Positions 36,710-49,585 are shown, numbered from the stretch's first letter. The stretch: DNA of 64,000 nucleotides from an uncultured Verrucomicrobiae bacterium (GCA_963835625.1 CAWIGO010000012.1:28895-92894); one strand, 5' to 3'. Notes: generated from the letters alone by a model not told the origin. Numbers and translations: made by a program.

Positions 36710-37183
36710 TTACCAGCGGAAATGGGCAAAAGCCTTGTTCGCTTGCGCCATCTTGTGGACGTCGTCGCGTTTGCGAATGGCGTTGCCTTGTCCCTGATAC
36801 GCTTCCAGAATTTCCGCCGCGAGCGCGTCGCGCATGGGCATGCCCTTGCGCGCGTCCGCAAAATCCACGATCCACCGCAAGGCCAGCGAAGCCTGCCGGT
36901 CGGACGGCACCTCCAGCGGCACCTGATACGTGGCGCCGCCGACGCGGCGCGGCTTGGTCTCGATGCGCGGCTTGGCGTTGTCCACCGCGCGCTGCAAAAT
37001 TTCCACCGGATTGCTCGCCGGGTTTTTTTGCGAAATGCTGTCGAACGCGCCATAGACAATCCGCTGCGCCGTGCTTTTCTTGCCGCACGTCATCACGGTG
37101 TTGACCAGCCGCGAAACCAAAGCGCTTTGAAACTTTCCGTCTTTGGCAATCTTCCGTCTGGTGGCTTGTCGTCTGCGGGACAT
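36710..37183 (-). CDS. rpsG: 30S ribosomal protein S7
   Basis: 157 aa. ...GKKSTAQRIVYGAF... is canonical S7. Confidence 0.95.
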   Translation of the reverse strand: MSRRRQATRRKIAKDGKFQSALVSRLVNTVMTCGKKSTAQRIVYGAFDSISQKNPASNPVEILQRAVDNAKPRIETKPRRVGGATYQVPLEVPSDRQASLALRWIVDFADARKGMPMRDALAAEILEAYQGQGNAIRKRDDVHKMAQANKAFAHFRW

Positions 37184-37199
37184 GGGATTCGTTAAATCG

Positions 37200-37658
37200 T
37201 TAAATCGTTGAACCGTGAATTGGGTTAGGCGGCGGGTGCTTCCGCCGGAGCCGCGCTGCGGCCGCGGGGGCGGCGGGTTTGGAACCCGGTTTCGGACGTT
37301 TCACGCCGTATTTCGAGCGGCTGACCCTGCGTTTTTCCACACCGGCGGCGTCGAGCCGGCCGCGAACGATGTGATAACGCACACCGGGCAAATCCTTCAC
37401 GCGTCCGCCGCGCACCATCACAATCGAGTGTTCCTGCAAATTATGGCCTTCGTCCGGGATATAGGCGATGACCTCGTAGCCGTTCGTCAGGCGAACCTTG
37501 GCAACCTTGCGCATGGCCGAGTTCGGCTTCTTGGGCGTGCGCGTCATGACCTGGATGCACACACCGCGGCGAAACGGCGAACCTCCCAAGGCTGGCGACT
37601 TGGACTTGTATTTTACTTTACGCCGGCCCTTGTGGACCAATTGATTGATAGTCGGCAT
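37200..37658 (-). CDS. rpsL: 30S ribosomal protein S12 with about 25 aa C-terminal extension
   Basis: [13 protein letters not shown]...[11 protein letters not shown] is canonical S12. It extends past the usual ...YGVKRPK end. Confidence 0.95.
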   Translation of the reverse strand: MPTINQLVHKGRRKVKYKSKSPALGGSPFRRGVCIQVMTRTPKKPNSAMRKVAKVRLTNGYEVIAYIPDEGHNLQEHSIVMVRGGRVKDLPGVRYHIVRGRLDAAGVEKRRVSRSKYGVKRPKPGSKPAAPAAAARLRRKHPPPNPIHGSTI

Positions 37659-38025
37659 TGCGTCTTAAAAATGGAACGCGGAATATAGCAAATAAGCCTT
37701 CGGTTGCAACAACAATTTCGGCCATTTTGGGATGAAACCGCGAAATACGCGGAACACACAAAATTTATTGGCCGCAAGAGAACACAGAGAATGCAAAGCG
37801 CTTTCGGAGAGCGGAAAAAACGCTTTGACACGAATTAACACGAATTCCGTTTGCCGCAAAAAGGCGCATAAGACGCGAAAATTTGTGCTTCTTGTGCCTC
37901 TTTGTGGCTATTTCATCAGCCCAACACTGACTGAATCCGCCGAATCAGCCGCGCCTGATTCTTTCGCACGAGTTCATGCTCCCAAATCCGCAATACTCTC
38001 CAGCCTCGCTTGCGAAGCTCTTCGC

Positions 38026-41000
38026 TTATGCCAGCAGCGGATTCTCCGCTTCCGCCGGCTCCGGTTTATCCTCAATTTCGACCAACGGCTTGAGACGCGC
38101 CCTGCGATGCAGATCAAAACCGGTGCCCGCCGGAATGAGGTGTCCCATGATGACGTTTTCCTTGAAACCGCGCAGGCTATCCACCTTGGAACGCGTGGCG
38201 GCTTCGGTAAGCACGCGCGTCGTGTCTTGAAATGACGCAGCGCTTAAGAAGCTGTCGGTTTCGAGCGACGCCTTCGTGATGCCGAGCAACACGGGCGAGG
38301 CTTCGGCGGGTTTGCCGCCCTTTTTTTCGACACGTTCATTTTCTTCCTCAAACTCCAGCTTGTCAATTTGTTCGCCCCAAAGGAACTGTGTGTCACCCGG
38401 TTCGGTGATACGAACCTTGCGGAGCATCTGGCGCACAATGATTTCGACATGCTTGTCGTTGATGGTAACACCTTGAAGGCGATAGACTTCCTGCACTTCG
38501 CTGACGAGGTGTTCCTGCAATTCCTGCGGCCCGCACACTTCGAGAATTTCGTGCGGGTCCATCGGACCTTCGGTCAACTGCTGTCCTTTCTTCACGTAGT
38601 CGCCCTTGAAAACGATGACGTGCTTGCCAATCGGAATAAGATGTTCCTCTTCCGAAGCGGTCTGAGCGTCTTTGATGAGAATGCAGCGTTTGCCACGCAC
38701 GCTCGGACCGAAATCCACCATGCCGTCAATTTTGGAAATTTCCGACGCGTCCTTCGGCCGGCGCGCTTCAAACAATTCAGCCACGCGCGGCAGACCGCCG
38801 GTGATGTCTTTGGTCTTCGAAGTTTTGCGCGGCGTTTTGGCCATCAGGGTTCCAGCAATAATCTTTTCACCTTCGTTCACGACAATGTGCGCGCCGGACG
38901 GAATCGGATAATTGGCCACGACTTCGCCCTTGTCATCGCTGATGATGACTTGCGGGTGCAAATCTTCCTTGTGCTCGATGACGACCATGGCTTCCTGGCT
39001 GGTCGTCTCGTCCGTTTCCTGCTTCATCGTCACGCCTTCAATGATGTCGTGGAACTTCACCTTGCCGGCCTTTTCAGAAAGAATCGGCACGTTATATGGA
39101 TCCCATTGCACGAAGGTCTCGCCCTTCTTCACCTTGGAGCCGTCCTTGAATGAAATAACCGCGCCGATGACGATGTTATGGTTTTCCAATTCGCGGCCGT
39201 CGTCGGCAAGAATGGAAACGGAACCGTTTTTGTTCAGCACGATGTTGTTGCCATCCTCCAGTTGAACGACGCGGAGTTCGTTGTAACGGATTGTGCCGTC
39301 GTGCTTGGACTTGATTTGCGGAATCTTGAACACCTGCGCCGCCGTGCCGCCGATGTGGAACGTCCGCATCGTCAACTGTGTGCCCGGCTCGCCGATGGAC
39401 TGCGCAGCGATAATGCCCACGGCTTCGCCGAGTTTCACGAGACTGCCGGTCGCGAGATTGCGCCCGTAACAATTGACGCAAACGCCCTGTTTGCTTTCGC
39501 ATGTAAGCACCGAGCGGATGCGCACGCGTTCAACACCCGCAGCTTCAATGTGTCTGGCTTTTTCCTCGTCAATTTCCTCGTTAACGTGAATGAGCAACTC
39601 CTTCGGGTTGGTCGGATTCGCAATATCATCACACGCGAAACGGCCCACAAGACGATCGCCGAGTTTAACGACTTCGTCTTCACCCTCATAAACCGTCGAG
39701 ACCCAAATGCCGTTCGTCGTGCCGCAATCCGCTTCCCGGGTGATCACGTCCTGCGCCACGTCCACAAGCTTGCGGGTCATGTAACCGGAGTCGGCGGTCT
39801 TGAGCGCCGTGTCGGCCAGACCTTTGCGCGCGCCGTGCGTGGAAATGAAGTATTCGAGCACGGTGAGACCTTCGCGAAAGTTCGCGAGAATCGGTTTCTC
39901 GATGATGTCGCCGCTGGGCTTGGCCATGAGGCCGCGCACGCCGGCGAGCTGGCGCACCTGCTGGCGGTTGCCGCGCGCGCCGGAATCCACCATGAGATAA
40001 ACGGGGTTGAATTCCTCCTTGCCATTATTCGCTTCGAGCGTGCGGAACATGACGTTGGAAATCTGGTCGGTGCAATGCGTCCAGATGTCCACGATTTTGT
40101 TGTAACGTTCGCCGGGCGTGATGACGCCTTTGCGATATTGTTTCTCGACTTCCTTGATCTGCTTTTGCGCGGCGTCAATTTCCTGACCCTTCTCCTTTGG
40201 AATAATCATGTCGTCAATGCCGATGGAGCAGCCGGACTTCGTCGCCTCGCGGAAACCAAGTTCCTTGAGTTTGTCGAGCATCGCGACGGTTTTGTCGTGG
40301 CCGGCAGATTTGTAACACTTCCAAATCAAATCACCGAGCTGGCTTTTGCCGGCGGCTTTGTTGTAAAAGCCGAGTTCCGACGGCCAAATTTCGCTGAAGA
40401 TGACGCGGCCGACGGTTGTTTCGATGATTTTCTTGTTCGCATCGCCGAAAACAGTTTGCCTGCCAAAATCGGGATTCGCCAGGCGAACACGGTCATGCGT
40501 CTTCAACGCGCCATCGTCATAGGCAAACAACACTTCTTCCTTTGAACCAAACAACGGCAGCTTGCGCGAATCGGCCAGCACAGGTGTGCGCGGTTCGGCG
40601 GTGAGATAATAACAGCCGAGCGTGATGTCCTGCGTCGGCGTGATGATGGGCCTGCCGGACGACGGGCTGAAGATGTTGTTCGACGCCATCATCAACAAAC
40701 GCGCCTCCATTTGCGCCTCGACCGACAATGGCACGTGCACGGCCATTTGGTCGCCATCGAAGTCCGCGTTGTAAGCCGTGCAAACCAGCGGATGAATGCG
40801 AATGGCTTCGCCTTCGATCAATAGCGGCTCGAACGCCTGCACGGACAAACGGTGCAACGTCGGCGCGCGATTGAGCAGCACCGGATGGCCTTTCGTGACT
40901 TCTTCCAAAACGTCCCAGACTTCCTTTGTCTGGCGCTCGATCATTTTCTTCGCGCTGCGAACGGTGTGGACGTAGCCGAGTTCCTTCAAGCGGCGGATGA

Positions 41001-42153
41001 TGAACGGCTCGAATAAAACCAGCGCCATTTTCTTCGGCAGACCGCACTGGTGCAATTTCAGTTCCGGCCCGATGACGATGACTGAGCGGCCTGAATAATC
41101 CACGCGTTTGCCGAGCAGGTTTTGGCGGAAGCGGCCGCTCTTGCCTTTGAGCATGTCGGAGAGCGATTTCAACGGGCGATTGCCAGCGCTGGTCACGGGA
41201 CGGCCATGGCGACCGTTATCGAACAGCGCGTCCACGGCTTCCTGCAACATCCGCTTTTCGTTGCGGATGATGACTTCGGGCGTCTTGAGCTGGAGCAGCG
41301 TCTTGAGACGGTTGTTCCGGTTGATGACGCGGCGGTAAAGGTCGTTGAGGTCGGACGTGGCAAATCGTCCGCCTTCGAGCGGCACCAGCGGACGCAAGTC
41401 CGGCGGAATCACCGGCAGCACCGTCAAAATCATCCATTCCGGCCGGCTTTTGGAAACCATGAGTCCCTGCAACAACTTGATCCGCTTTGCGAGTTTCTTG
41501 CGGATTTGTTTGCTCTTGGTTTCGGTCATGGCCTCTTGCAATAGATCCGTCTGCTTGGCCAGATCCACTTTCGCCAGCGCGTCGCGCACGGCTTCCGCGC
41601 CTACTTTGGCGACGAATGCGTCGGCACCGTAGGTCTCGCGCGCCTCGCGATATTCGTGCTCGGTGAGCAATGAATTTTGCTTCAACGGCGTGTTGCCCGG
41701 ATCAATCACGAGATAATCCTCGTAATAAATCACGCGTTCCAGATTGCGCGCCGTCATGTCGAGCACGAGGCCGATGCGCGACGGCATGCACTTGAAAAAC
41801 CAGATGTGGCAGACCGGCACGGCCAGTTCGATATGCCCCATGCGCTCGCGGCGGACGCGCGCCAGTGTCACCTCGACGCCGCAACGATCGCAGACAACAC
41901 CGCGATGCTTGATGCGCTTGTATTTGCCGCAGGAACATTCCCAGTCCTTGACCGGACCGAAAATACGCTCGCAGAACAAGCCGCCCTTTTCCGGCTTGAA
42001 CGTGCGGTAGTTGATGGTTTCGGGATTCTTGACCTCGCCCTTGCTCCACGACCGGATGGCGTCAGGCGACGCGACAGCAATCGCGACGTAATCCACCTGG
42101 TTGACCTTTTCGAGGCCGAGCAATTCGCGGGCGCTTTCCTTGGTGCTAATCAT
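38026..42153 (-). CDS. rpoC: DNA-directed RNA polymerase subunit beta'
   Basis: 1375 aa with a zinc-binding CSCGKY..C..C and the catalytic NADFDGD motif. Confidence 0.98.
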   Translation of the reverse strand: MISTKESARELLGLEKVNQVDYVAIAVASPDAIRSWSKGEVKNPETINYRTFKPEKGGLFCERIFGPVKDWECSCGKYKRIKHRGVVCDRCGVEVTLARVRRERMGHIELAVPVCHIWFFKCMPSRIGLVLDMTARNLERVIYYEDYLVIDPGNTPLKQNSLLTEHEYREARETYGADAFVAKVGAEAVRDALAKVDLAKQTDLLQEAMTETKSKQIRKKLAKRIKLLQGLMVSKSRPEWMILTVLPVIPPDLRPLVPLEGGRFATSDLNDLYRRVINRNNRLKTLLQLKTPEVIIRNEKRMLQEAVDALFDNGRHGRPVTSAGNRPLKSLSDMLKGKSGRFRQNLLGKRVDYSGRSVIVIGPELKLHQCGLPKKMALVLFEPFIIRRLKELGYVHTVRSAKKMIERQTKEVWDVLEEVTKGHPVLLNRAPTLHRLSVQAFEPLLIEGEAIRIHPLVCTAYNADFDGDQMAVHVPLSVEAQMEARLLMMASNNIFSPSSGRPIITPTQDITLGCYYLTAEPRTPVLADSRKLPLFGSKEEVLFAYDDGALKTHDRVRLANPDFGRQTVFGDANKKIIETTVGRVIFSEIWPSELGFYNKAAGKSQLGDLIWKCYKSAGHDKTVAMLDKLKELGFREATKSGCSIGIDDMIIPKEKGQEIDAAQKQIKEVEKQYRKGVITPGERYNKIVDIWTHCTDQISNVMFRTLEANNGKEEFNPVYLMVDSGARGNRQQVRQLAGVRGLMAKPSGDIIEKPILANFREGLTVLEYFISTHGARKGLADTALKTADSGYMTRKLVDVAQDVITREADCGTTNGIWVSTVYEGEDEVVKLGDRLVGRFACDDIANPTNPKELLIHVNEEIDEEKARHIEAAGVERVRIRSVLTCESKQGVCVNCYGRNLATGSLVKLGEAVGIIAAQSIGEPGTQLTMRTFHIGGTAAQVFKIPQIKSKHDGTIRYNELRVVQLEDGNNIVLNKNGSVSILADDGRELENHNIVIGAVISFKDGSKVKKGETFVQWDPYNVPILSEKAGKVKFHDIIEGVTMKQETDETTSQEAMVVIEHKEDLHPQVIISDDKGEVVANYPIPSGAHIVVNEGEKIIAGTLMAKTPRKTSKTKDITGGLPRVAELFEARRPKDASEISKIDGMVDFGPSVRGKRCILIKDAQTASEEEHLIPIGKHVIVFKGDYVKKGQQLTEGPMDPHEILEVCGPQELQEHLVSEVQEVYRLQGVTINDKHVEIIVRQMLRKVRITEPGDTQFLWGEQIDKLEFEEENERVEKKGGKPAEASPVLLGITKASLETDSFLSAASFQDTTRVLTEAATRSKVDSLRGFKENVIMGHLIPAGTGFDLHRRARLKPLVEIEDKPEPAEAENPLLA

Positions 42154-42192
42154 ACGCTGGTTTGTTTCACCAATAATTTTAGATTAAATTTT

Positions 42193-45100
42193 TCAACCAA
42201 TCCTTGTCAGTTCCGCAACGTTTTCCGCGGGCTGATCGACCGGATTCGAGTAACCGACCTTCACGTCGAGGCAGAGCGACTGCATTTCCTTCACGAGCAC
42301 GTTGAAGGATTCGGGAATACCCGCTTCGAGCGAGTTGTCACCCTTGACAATGCTTTCGTAAATGTGCGTGCGGCCCTGAACATCGTCGGACTTGACCGTA
42401 AGCAATTCCTGCAACGTGTAAGCCGCGCCGTAGGCTTCCATCGCCCACACTTCCATTTCGCCAAAGCGCTGGCCGCCGTATTGCGCCTTGCCGCCAAGCG
42501 GCTGTTGCGTGACGAGTGAATACGGCCCGACCGCGCGGGCGTGGATTTTGTCCGCGACGAGGTGGCCGAGTTTCATCATGTAAATGTAGCCAACGACGAT
42601 TTCCTGGTCGAACGGCTCGCCGGTGCGACCGTCGTAAAGAATCGTTTTGCCGTGCTCCGGTAATTTCGCCTCTTTCAAATAATTACGAATGTCCTTTTCC
42701 TTGATGCCGTCGAACACCGGCGTGGCGATTCTCAAGCCGAGAATCTTTGCCGACCAACCCAGGTGCGTTTCGAGCACCTGTCCGACATTCATGCGTGACG
42801 GCACGCCCAGCGGATTCAACACGATGTCCACCGGCGTTCCGTCTGCAAGGAACGGCATGTCCTCTTCCTTGACGATGCGCGCGACGACGCCCTTGTTGCC
42901 GTGACGTCCGGCCATTTTGTCACCGACGGAAAGTTTGCGCTTCGAGGCGACATAAACCTTTACCGATTTCACGATGCCGGCCTCAACGCCTTCACCCGCC
43001 TCGGCGCGCTCCATTTCCTCGTCGTATTGCATCTGCAAATCGTCGAACCTCTTTTTGAAACTGCCGATGATTTCGTTGATCTTGTTGCGAATCGGCGACG
43101 GATCAATTTCGATGCGGTCGTAGACCGTCGCGAGTTTGCGCAGCAGCGTTTTTGTGATCTTGCGGTTCGCCGGAATGATGATCTCGCCGGTTTCAGAATT
43201 GACCACGTCGAGCGGGATTTTTTCGCCGAGCAGAATGTTGCTCAACGCCTCGGTCAATTGATCGCGCAATTCGTCGGTCTTTTTCCTGTGATCCTCTTCA
43301 ATCTGCTTCGCATGGCGCTTTTCCTCGCCGGCGGAAGGTTTGCTGCTCTTCTCGCTGTCCTTTTTGGACGACACTTTCACGTCCATCACAATGCCGTAGG
43401 TGCCGGAAGGAACTTTGAGCGAAGTATCCTTCACATCGGCGGCTTTCTCACCGAAAATGGCGCGGAGCAATCGCTCCTCCGGTGCAAGCTCGGTCTCGGA
43501 TTTCGGCGTGATTTTGCCGACCAAAATGTCGCCGGGCTTCACTTCTGCGCCGATGCGAATGACGCCGTCGGGGCTGAGATTTTTGAGCGCCTCGTCGCCG
43601 AGGTTCGGAATGTCGCGAGTGATTTCCTCGGGGCCGAGCTTTGTGTCGCGCGCGCTGACTTCAAATTCGTCAATGTGAATGCTCGTGAAAACGTCGTCCT
43701 TCACAATGCGCTCACTGATGAGAATCGCATCCTCGAAGTTATAGCCATTCCACGGCATGAATGAGACGAGCACGTTGCGGCCGAGCGCGAGTTCGCCGTT
43801 GCGCGTGCACGGGCCGTCGGCGATGACCTGCCCTTTTTTCACATGGTCGCCTTTGTTGACCAAAATTTTCTGATTGATACACGTTGCCGCGTTCGAACGC
43901 ATGAATTTGCGGATTGGATAAACCCAAATACCTTTTCCCGGATCATGCTTGATCTTCTTTTTGCCTTCGGGCAATTCGCCATCGTCAGTGACGATGACCT
44001 GATTGCCATTGACAGACGCGATCTTGCCACTCTCCTCCGCAACCACAACAGCGCGCGAGTCACGAGCGACCTGGTATTCGAGGCCGGTTGCCACGAGTGG
44101 CGCTTCGGTCACGAGCAGCGGCACGGCCTGGCGTTGCATGTTTGAACCCATCAACGCGCGGTTTGCATCGTCGTGCTCCAAAAATGGAATCAGCGACGCG
44201 GCGACCGAGACAAGCTGCTTCGGCGACACGTCCATGTAATTCACGCGCGACGGCTCGGCGTCAATAAAGTCCGTCCGGGCGCGGCAAACGACACGGTCGG
44301 TTATGAAGTTGCCCTTGTTGTCCATCAGCGAGTTTGCCTGCGCGATGATGTATTGTTCCTCGCGATCGGCGGTCAGATAATCAATGTGATTGGTGACGCG
44401 TCCGTTTTCGACCTTGCGATAAGGCGTTTCGAGGAAACCAAAATCATTGATGCGCGCGAACGTCGCCAGCGAAGCGATCAAACCAATGTTGGGACCTTCC
44501 GGCGTTTCAATCGGGCAAATGCGGCCATAATGTGACGGATGCACGTCGCGAACTTCAAAGCCCGCACGGTCGCGACTCAAGCCGCCCGGCCCAAGCGCGC
44601 TGAGGCGCCGCTTGTGTGTCAACTCAGCCAGCGGGTTGATTTGATCCATGAACTGGCTTAATTGCGAACGACCGAAGAAATCCCGAATAACCGCCGACAG
44701 CGCTTTCGGATTGATGAGCTTTTGCGGCGTCATTTGCTCGACGGTCTGGTCAAAGATTGTCATGCGTTCCTTGACGAGACGTTCCGTGCGCGCAAGACCG
44801 ACGCGGCACTGGTTGGAGAGTAATTCGCCGACCGTGCGAATGCGGCGGCTGCCGAGATGGTCAATGTCGTCCAGCGAGCCTTCGCCTTGTTTGAGGCGGA
44901 GCAAATACTTTGTCGCGGCGACCAAATCTTCCTTGGCCAAAATGCGTGATTCTTCCTTGTCCTTGAGACCGAGCTTTTGATTGATTTTGTAACGGCCCAC
45001 GCGGCCCAAATCGTAACGTTTCGGGTCGAAGAACAATCGTCTGAGCAACGACTCCGCATTTTGGGCGGTCGGCGGATCACCCGGGCGCAAACGACGGTAA

Positions 45101-46080
45101 ATGTCCTTGAGCGCTTCTTCTTCGTTTTTGGCCGGATCTTTCTTCAGACATTTAATTATGATACCTTCGTCAACAGAGGTATCCACGACCTTGATTTTGG
45201 TCACACCAAGCTCGGCAACTTGTTTCACGACTGCTTTTGAAAGCGGCTCAAAGGCGCGCGCAACAACGAGGCCTTTTTCCTCGTCCACTACATCCTGAAT
45301 CAAAACGTGATTCGGCAAAGCTTCAAGTTTCTCGGCTTCCTTGACCGTGAGTTCTTCGATTTCGTAAAACAGCTTGAGAATTTCTTCGTCCTTGCCAGTG
45401 GTGAGCCTGACATTTTCCTTTGGCTTGGGAACTGTTTTGTCTTTTGGCCGATCGAGAAAACTCAACGCGCGGAAAAATGTCGTCGTCAAAAACTTCCGGC
45501 GGCGTTTCTTGCGGTCGAGATAAATGTAAAGCAAATCGCTCGTGTCGAATTGTGCTTCATACCACGAACCGCGGTCGGGAATGACGCGGAAGCTGTGCAG
45601 CATTTTCCCGTTAGGATGCTGCGTGGCCTCGAACGCGATGCCGGGCGAGCGATGGAGCTGGCTGACAACAACGCGCTCGGCGCCGTTGATGACGAACGTG
45701 CCCTGAGGCGTCATCAGCGGCAGTTCGCCCATGAAAACTTTTTCTTCCTTGGCGCCTTTGCCTTCCTCCATCAGTTTGAAAGTGACATAAAGCGGCGCGC
45801 CATAGGTCAGTCCTTCGCGCAGACATTCGAGCCAGTCCAGTCTCGGTTCACCGACCTCATAGGAATCGTAAGTAAGCTTGCATTTGCCATCGTAGCTCTC
45901 GATGGGAAATACCTCTTGAAAAACTGCCTCAAGGCCGGCGTTTTTGTCGCGCCTTTTGGGCGCCGCATCCACTTGCAGAAATTCCTTGTAGGAATTGGTC
46001 TGCAATTCGATCATGTTCGGCGGCACGACAATCTCTTTAATCTTGCCGAAGTTGATTCGTTCTGTAACTCGCAATGGCAT
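42193..46080 (-). CDS. rpoB: DNA-directed RNA polymerase subunit beta
   Basis: 1295 aa with conserved RpoB blocks (GRHGNKGVV, the rif-cluster region SQLSQFMDQ). Confidence 0.98.
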   Translation of the reverse strand: MPLRVTERINFGKIKEIVVPPNMIELQTNSYKEFLQVDAAPKRRDKNAGLEAVFQEVFPIESYDGKCKLTYDSYEVGEPRLDWLECLREGLTYGAPLYVTFKLMEEGKGAKEEKVFMGELPLMTPQGTFVINGAERVVVSQLHRSPGIAFEATQHPNGKMLHSFRVIPDRGSWYEAQFDTSDLLYIYLDRKKRRRKFLTTTFFRALSFLDRPKDKTVPKPKENVRLTTGKDEEILKLFYEIEELTVKEAEKLEALPNHVLIQDVVDEEKGLVVARAFEPLSKAVVKQVAELGVTKIKVVDTSVDEGIIIKCLKKDPAKNEEEALKDIYRRLRPGDPPTAQNAESLLRRLFFDPKRYDLGRVGRYKINQKLGLKDKEESRILAKEDLVAATKYLLRLKQGEGSLDDIDHLGSRRIRTVGELLSNQCRVGLARTERLVKERMTIFDQTVEQMTPQKLINPKALSAVIRDFFGRSQLSQFMDQINPLAELTHKRRLSALGPGGLSRDRAGFEVRDVHPSHYGRICPIETPEGPNIGLIASLATFARINDFGFLETPYRKVENGRVTNHIDYLTADREEQYIIAQANSLMDNKGNFITDRVVCRARTDFIDAEPSRVNYMDVSPKQLVSVAASLIPFLEHDDANRALMGSNMQRQAVPLLVTEAPLVATGLEYQVARDSRAVVVAEESGKIASVNGNQVIVTDDGELPEGKKKIKHDPGKGIWVYPIRKFMRSNAATCINQKILVNKGDHVKKGQVIADGPCTRNGELALGRNVLVSFMPWNGYNFEDAILISERIVKDDVFTSIHIDEFEVSARDTKLGPEEITRDIPNLGDEALKNLSPDGVIRIGAEVKPGDILVGKITPKSETELAPEERLLRAIFGEKAADVKDTSLKVPSGTYGIVMDVKVSSKKDSEKSSKPSAGEEKRHAKQIEEDHRKKTDELRDQLTEALSNILLGEKIPLDVVNSETGEIIIPANRKITKTLLRKLATVYDRIEIDPSPIRNKINEIIGSFKKRFDDLQMQYDEEMERAEAGEGVEAGIVKSVKVYVASKRKLSVGDKMAGRHGNKGVVARIVKEEDMPFLADGTPVDIVLNPLGVPSRMNVGQVLETHLGWSAKILGLRIATPVFDGIKEKDIRNYLKEAKLPEHGKTILYDGRTGEPFDQEIVVGYIYMMKLGHLVADKIHARAVGPYSLVTQQPLGGKAQYGGQRFGEMEVWAMEAYGAAYTLQELLTVKSDDVQGRTHIYESIVKGDNSLEAGIPESFNVLVKEMQSLCLDVKVGYSNPVDQPAENVAELTRIG

Positions 46081-46243
46081 TTGAACTTTCTGGTTTGGCC
46101 GACAATGACGCCAGCCGGTAATTTTTAATCAACGACACAAGGCAAGCACGCTGCGTTTAACAGTGAACTTGCCTGAACTCAGACCGCTACCGGCGGCTGT
46201 TTGTTGCTGCTGTTTGTAACTAATAAAAATTCTGTTCCACATT

Positions 46244-46286
46244 GCGAAAATGGGGTGACGGTCCCGGCTCGCGGGACCGCCGCCCC
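46244..46286 (-). terminator. Attenuator/terminator hairpin between rplL and rpoB
   Basis: Minus strand reads GGGGCGGCGGTCCCG-CGAGC-CGGGACCGTCACCCC followed by ATTTTCG, about 15 nt after the rplL stop. This matches the known position of the rplL-rpoB attenuator. Confidence 0.5.
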
Positions 46287-46299
46287 AAAAGTTCGCCAG

Positions 46300-46683
46300 T
46301 TACTTGACCTCCACTTTGGCGCCCGCTTCTTCGAGCTTCTTCTTGGCCGCGTCGGCATCGGCTTTCGGTGCACCTTCCAGCACCGGTTTGGGCGCGCCTT
46401 CGACCAGCGCCTTGGCTTCCGCCAGACCAAGGCCGGCTTTCACTTCGCGAACAGCCTTGATGGCGGCAATTTTCTTCTCTGCCGGGACTGACACGAGAAT
46501 CACGTCGAACATGGTCTTTGCTTCAGCGGCAGGCGCAGCAGCACCCGCAGCCGGAGCAGCCGCGACCGCGACCGGCGCAGCGGCAGTCACGCCCCATTTG
46601 GTTTCCAATTGTTTCACCAAGTCAGCGGCTTCGAGAACCGTCAATTTGCTCAATTCCTCTACAATGTTTGCGATGTTAGCCAT
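46300..46683 (-). CDS. rplL: 50S ribosomal protein L7/L12
   Basis: Trimmed to the ATG at 46683 ([27 protein letters not shown]...), preceded by AGGAAAGG. Confidence 0.95.
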   Translation of the reverse strand: MANIANIVEELSKLTVLEAADLVKQLETKWGVTAAAPVAVAAAPAAGAAAPAAEAKTMFDVILVSVPAEKKIAAIKAVREVKAGLGLAEAKALVEGAPKPVLEGAPKADADAAKKKLEEAGAKVEVK

Positions 46684-46845
46684 GTTACCTTTCCTGTCGT
46701 CTCGTCGTCTGCCGCGGTCCGCCTTCTCCCGCATTGCGGGATTCGGCGCGACACGCCACGGCTTTTTTAAGTTCGTTCGTGAACCGACGATTTACGTTGT
46801 TGTTGTTTGTTTGTCCGACCCGCTGTCCAGCGGACGGAAATCGTT

Positions 46846-47355
46846 CTAACTTTTCTCGGCCTTCGCTTTGACCACACGCGCGAGTTGCGTCGCGGGTGTG
46901 TTAATCAAAACGACCAGCTTCGTCGCCGGCGCGTTTAACAAGCCCAGCAGTGTGGCGCGCAATACGTCCAGACTCGGCAGATCGGCCAAGGCCACAATCG
47001 CCGCCTGTTCAAGGCGCTGATTGTTCAGATAACCAAACTGCACTTTTAGCCTGTCAAACTCCGCGCCGAAATTCTTGACCGTCTTGGCAGCGGCGGAAAT
47101 GTCCTTTTGCCCGGTGACAACGGCGAGCTGGCCGCCGAGCGAGCCGTTCAATTCGCCGACGCCGGCTTCCTTGGCCGCGATTTGGAACAGGGAGTTCTTG
47201 ACTATATGAATCTCCGCGCCGGCCTTTTGCAGGCGTTTCCGCAGCTCGGTCATATGGGACACCTTGAGTCCCTTGTAATTCACCACGATGAAGAACGGCG
47301 AGGCATTCAGCCGCGCAGCATATTCTTTTGTCAAAATTTGTTTTTCAGCACGCAT
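46846..47355 (-). CDS. rplJ: 50S ribosomal protein L10
   Basis: 169 aa at the L10 position and with the L10 pattern (FFIVVNYKGLKVSHMTELRKRL). Confidence 0.93.
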   Translation of the reverse strand: MRAEKQILTKEYAARLNASPFFIVVNYKGLKVSHMTELRKRLQKAGAEIHIVKNSLFQIAAKEAGVGELNGSLGGQLAVVTGQKDISAAAKTVKNFGAEFDRLKVQFGYLNNQRLEQAAIVALADLPSLDVLRATLLGLLNAPATKLVVLINTPATQLARVVKAKAEKS

Positions 47356-47375
47356 GAATCAAAAATGGTTTCTGG

Positions 47376-48071
47376 TTAATGGATCGTGAATTCGCGCAAA
47401 TCCAGGCGCACCGGCGGACTCATCGTCGCCGAAATCGTGCAGGAATGAATGTAGGTGCCTTTGACGCTGTTCGGGCGCGCCTTCGCCACCGCTTCAATCA
47501 CCGCACGCACGTTTTCCTCAATTTGATTCGCCGCAAACGACGCTTTGCCAACAGCCACATGAACGTTGCCCGCCTTGTCCACCTTGAACTCGACGCGACC
47601 CGCTTTTACTTCCTTGATCGCCTTGGCTGTGTCGTCTGTCACGGTGCCGGTCTTTGGGTTCGGCATCAGGCCGCGTGGTCCGAGCACCTTGCCGAGCTTG
47701 CGCACTTCGACCATCGCTTCCGGCGTGGCAACGGCGACATCAAAATCAGCCCAGCCGCTTTGACATTTTGCAATCATGTCCTCAAATCCGATGTATTCCG
47801 CACCGGCGGCTTTGGCCGCATCCGCCGCCGCGCCGCTTTTGGCGAAAACGAGCACGCGCACGGTCTTGCCGCTGCCATGCGGAAGCGGGACCGTGCCGCG
47901 AACCATCTGGTCGGATTGCTTCGGGTCCACGCCGAGGCGGAATGCGAGATCAATCGTCTCGTTGAATTTCGCTTTCGGAAATTTTGCCAGGACGCCAACG
48001 GCATCCTTAAGTGGGTACATTTTCTTGGCGTCCACCACTTCCAGTGCTTTTTTGTATCGTTTACTGGGCAT
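47376..48071 (-). CDS. rplA: 50S ribosomal protein L1
   Basis: 231 aa. ...[24 protein letters not shown]... is canonical L1. Confidence 0.95.
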   Translation of the reverse strand: MPSKRYKKALEVVDAKKMYPLKDAVGVLAKFPKAKFNETIDLAFRLGVDPKQSDQMVRGTVPLPHGSGKTVRVLVFAKSGAAADAAKAAGAEYIGFEDMIAKCQSGWADFDVAVATPEAMVEVRKLGKVLGPRGLMPNPKTGTVTDDTAKAIKEVKAGRVEFKVDKAGNVHVAVGKASFAANQIEENVRAVIEAVAKARPNSVKGTYIHSCTISATMSPPVRLDLREFTIH

Positions 48072-48131
48072 TTGTTTGGTTACGGTGCAAGCGAATGCCG
48101 CAATGCGGCATTCTCCCGCAATTGATTTTGT

Positions 48132-48557
48132 TTATCCGACGACTTCAATTCCCATGCTGCGCGCCGTGCCAGCGATGACACGGAATGCAGCCTCCTCCGA
48201 AGTCGCATTTAAATCCTTCGACTTCATTTTCACGATATCCAAGACCTGTTTGCGCGTCACCTTGCCGACTTTTTCCTTGTTCGGCTCTTTGGACCCGGCG
48301 GTGACCCCGGCGGCCTTCTTCAGCAGCACGGACGCGGGCGGCGATTTGGTGATGAACGTGAATGACTTGTCCTGGTAAACCGTGATGACCACGGGAATCA
48401 CCATGCCAGCCTGGTCTTTGGTCTTGGTGTTAAACTCCTTGCAAAAGCCCATGATATTGACGCCGTGCTGACCGAGTGCCGGACCGACCGGCGGCGCGGG
48501 ATTCGCCTGGCCCGCCGGAATCTGCAACTTAATCTGTGCTGTGACTTTCTTCGCCAT
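48132..48557 (-). CDS. rplK: 50S ribosomal protein L11
   Basis: [36 protein letters not shown] is canonical L11. Confidence 0.96.
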   Translation of the reverse strand: MAKKVTAQIKLQIPAGQANPAPPVGPALGQHGVNIMGFCKEFNTKTKDQAGMVIPVVITVYQDKSFTFITKSPPASVLLKKAAGVTAGSKEPNKEKVGKVTRKQVLDIVKMKSKDLNATSEEAAFRVIAGTARSMGIEVVG

Positions 48558-48672
48558 GTTATTTGTTGAATTTGTTAAACAAGTGATTGGTTAAACGGGT
48601 TAAACAAGCGCCACACCGGGCGACTCATTTGACTGATTTAACTCATTCAACTATTTTAACCATTCACTTTCA

Positions 48673-49221
48673 TTACGCTTTTTCCACCTGCCAATATTCA
48701 AGTTCCACCGGCGTGTTGCGTCCGAAAATATTGACGGTGACCTTTAATTTACCGCGTTCAGGATCAATTTCCTCAATCACGCCGCTGAAATTGAGGAACG
48801 GCCCGTTGTTGATCTTGATCGTTTCGCCGACTTCAAAATTGACTTTTGGTTTCTCCGTCTCTTCTGACGCGGAAATCTGCGCTTTGATTTGCTCAACTTC
48901 CTCGGTCGGCGTTGGCACCGGCGGTTCGCCACCAACAAAACCAATCACGCCCTGTGTTTCTTTTATAAAATACCACGGCTTTTCGATGATGCGGTTGTTT
49001 TCATCCAGCAACACCATGTCCACAAAAACGTAGCCCGGCCACAATTTGCGGCTGGACACGGTTTTCTTCTGATTGCGCACCTCGACAACTTTCTCCATCG
49101 GGACGAGGACTTCACGGACACAGTCTTGCATCTCGTCGGTCTTGATGCGTTTCTCAATGCTTTCCTTGACCTTCTGTTCCTGGCCTGAAAGTGTATGGAT
49201 GACAAACCATTGGCTGCGCAT
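48673..49221 (-). CDS. nusG: Transcription termination/antitermination factor NusG
   Basis: WFVIHTLSGQEQKV NGN domain and a C-terminal KOW domain (VGETIKINNGPF). Confidence 0.94.
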   Translation of the reverse strand: MRSQWFVIHTLSGQEQKVKESIEKRIKTDEMQDCVREVLVPMEKVVEVRNQKKTVSSRKLWPGYVFVDMVLLDENNRIIEKPWYFIKETQGVIGFVGGEPPVPTPTEEVEQIKAQISASEETEKPKVNFEVGETIKINNGPFLNFSGVIEEIDPERGKLKVTVNIFGRNTPVELEYWQVEKA

Positions 49222-49226
49222 GGCAC

Positions 49227-49481
49227 TTAAAGCTTAAAGAAAATATAATTGAACACCAAATCCACCACGATGGTGAACCCGCCGAGCAAAGCAATTGTAA
49301 TCACGATGACCACCGTCGAGCCTTTTAATTCATCCCACGTCGGCCATGAACATTTCTTCAATTCCTCGCGCGTTTCCTGCACATAAGCAGCCAGCCGCTT
49401 AATCTGTCCCTGCCACCACAAATAGGCAAAGACCGCACCCACGACGACCGCCCAAATCAAAATTTTACCCCAATCACTCAC
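49227..49481 (-). CDS. secE: Preprotein translocase subunit SecE
   Basis: ORF 49227..49619 trimmed to the in-frame GTG at 49481 (AAGGA lies upstream), because the upstream part covers two tRNA genes. It has the TM + VQETREELKKCSWPT pattern. The start is uncertain. Confidence 0.7.
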   Translation of the reverse strand: MSDWGKILIWAVVVGAVFAYLWWQGQIKRLAAYVQETREELKKCSWPTWDELKGSTVVIVITIALLGGFTIVVDLVFNYIFFKL

Positions 49482-49489
49482 AATTCCTT

Positions 49490-49579
49490 TGGCGGAGAGG
49501 GAGGGATTCGAACCCCCGTCGGGTGTTAACCCGAAGCGGTTTTCAAGACCGCCGCGATAGACCGCTCTGCCACCTCTCC
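49490..49579 (-). tRNA. tRNA-Ser(UGA)
   Basis: GGAGAGG acceptor stem, anticodon arm CGGUCUUGAAAACCG (identical in pattern to E. coli tRNA-Ser UGA), a long variable arm, GGTTCGAAT T-loop and encoded CCA. Confidence 0.88.
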
Positions 49580-49585
49580 ACAAAC

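Noticed and set aside
37224-37230. An isolated GTTAGGC heptamer inside the rpsL 3' extension.
   Set aside because: A single 7-mer is expected several times by chance in 64 kb on two strands. It has no partner R'' or L boxes and no cassette-like ORF context.
37665-38235. ORFs 37665..37859 (-), 37732..38235 (+) and 37613..37831 (-) in the rpoC-rpsL spacer.
   Set aside because: They are composed of dispersed-repeat translations, have no start context and overlap the rpoC 3' end. I treat the region as non-coding.
39178-40545. Long ORFs antisense to or overlapping core genes. Examples are 39178..40545 and 41677..42519 in rpoC, 42901..43764 and 45307..46128 in rpoB, 10176..11312 in rpoA, 13497..14555 in map/secY, 14592..15575 in secY, 35481..36797 in fusA, 4424..5662 in the oxidase gene and 52212..53156 in lpxC-fabZ.
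   Set aside because: They lie opposite genes with unmistakable conserved products. Their Arg/Ala/Gly-rich, low-information composition is typical of stop-poor antisense frames in GC-rich DNA. No motifs were recognised.
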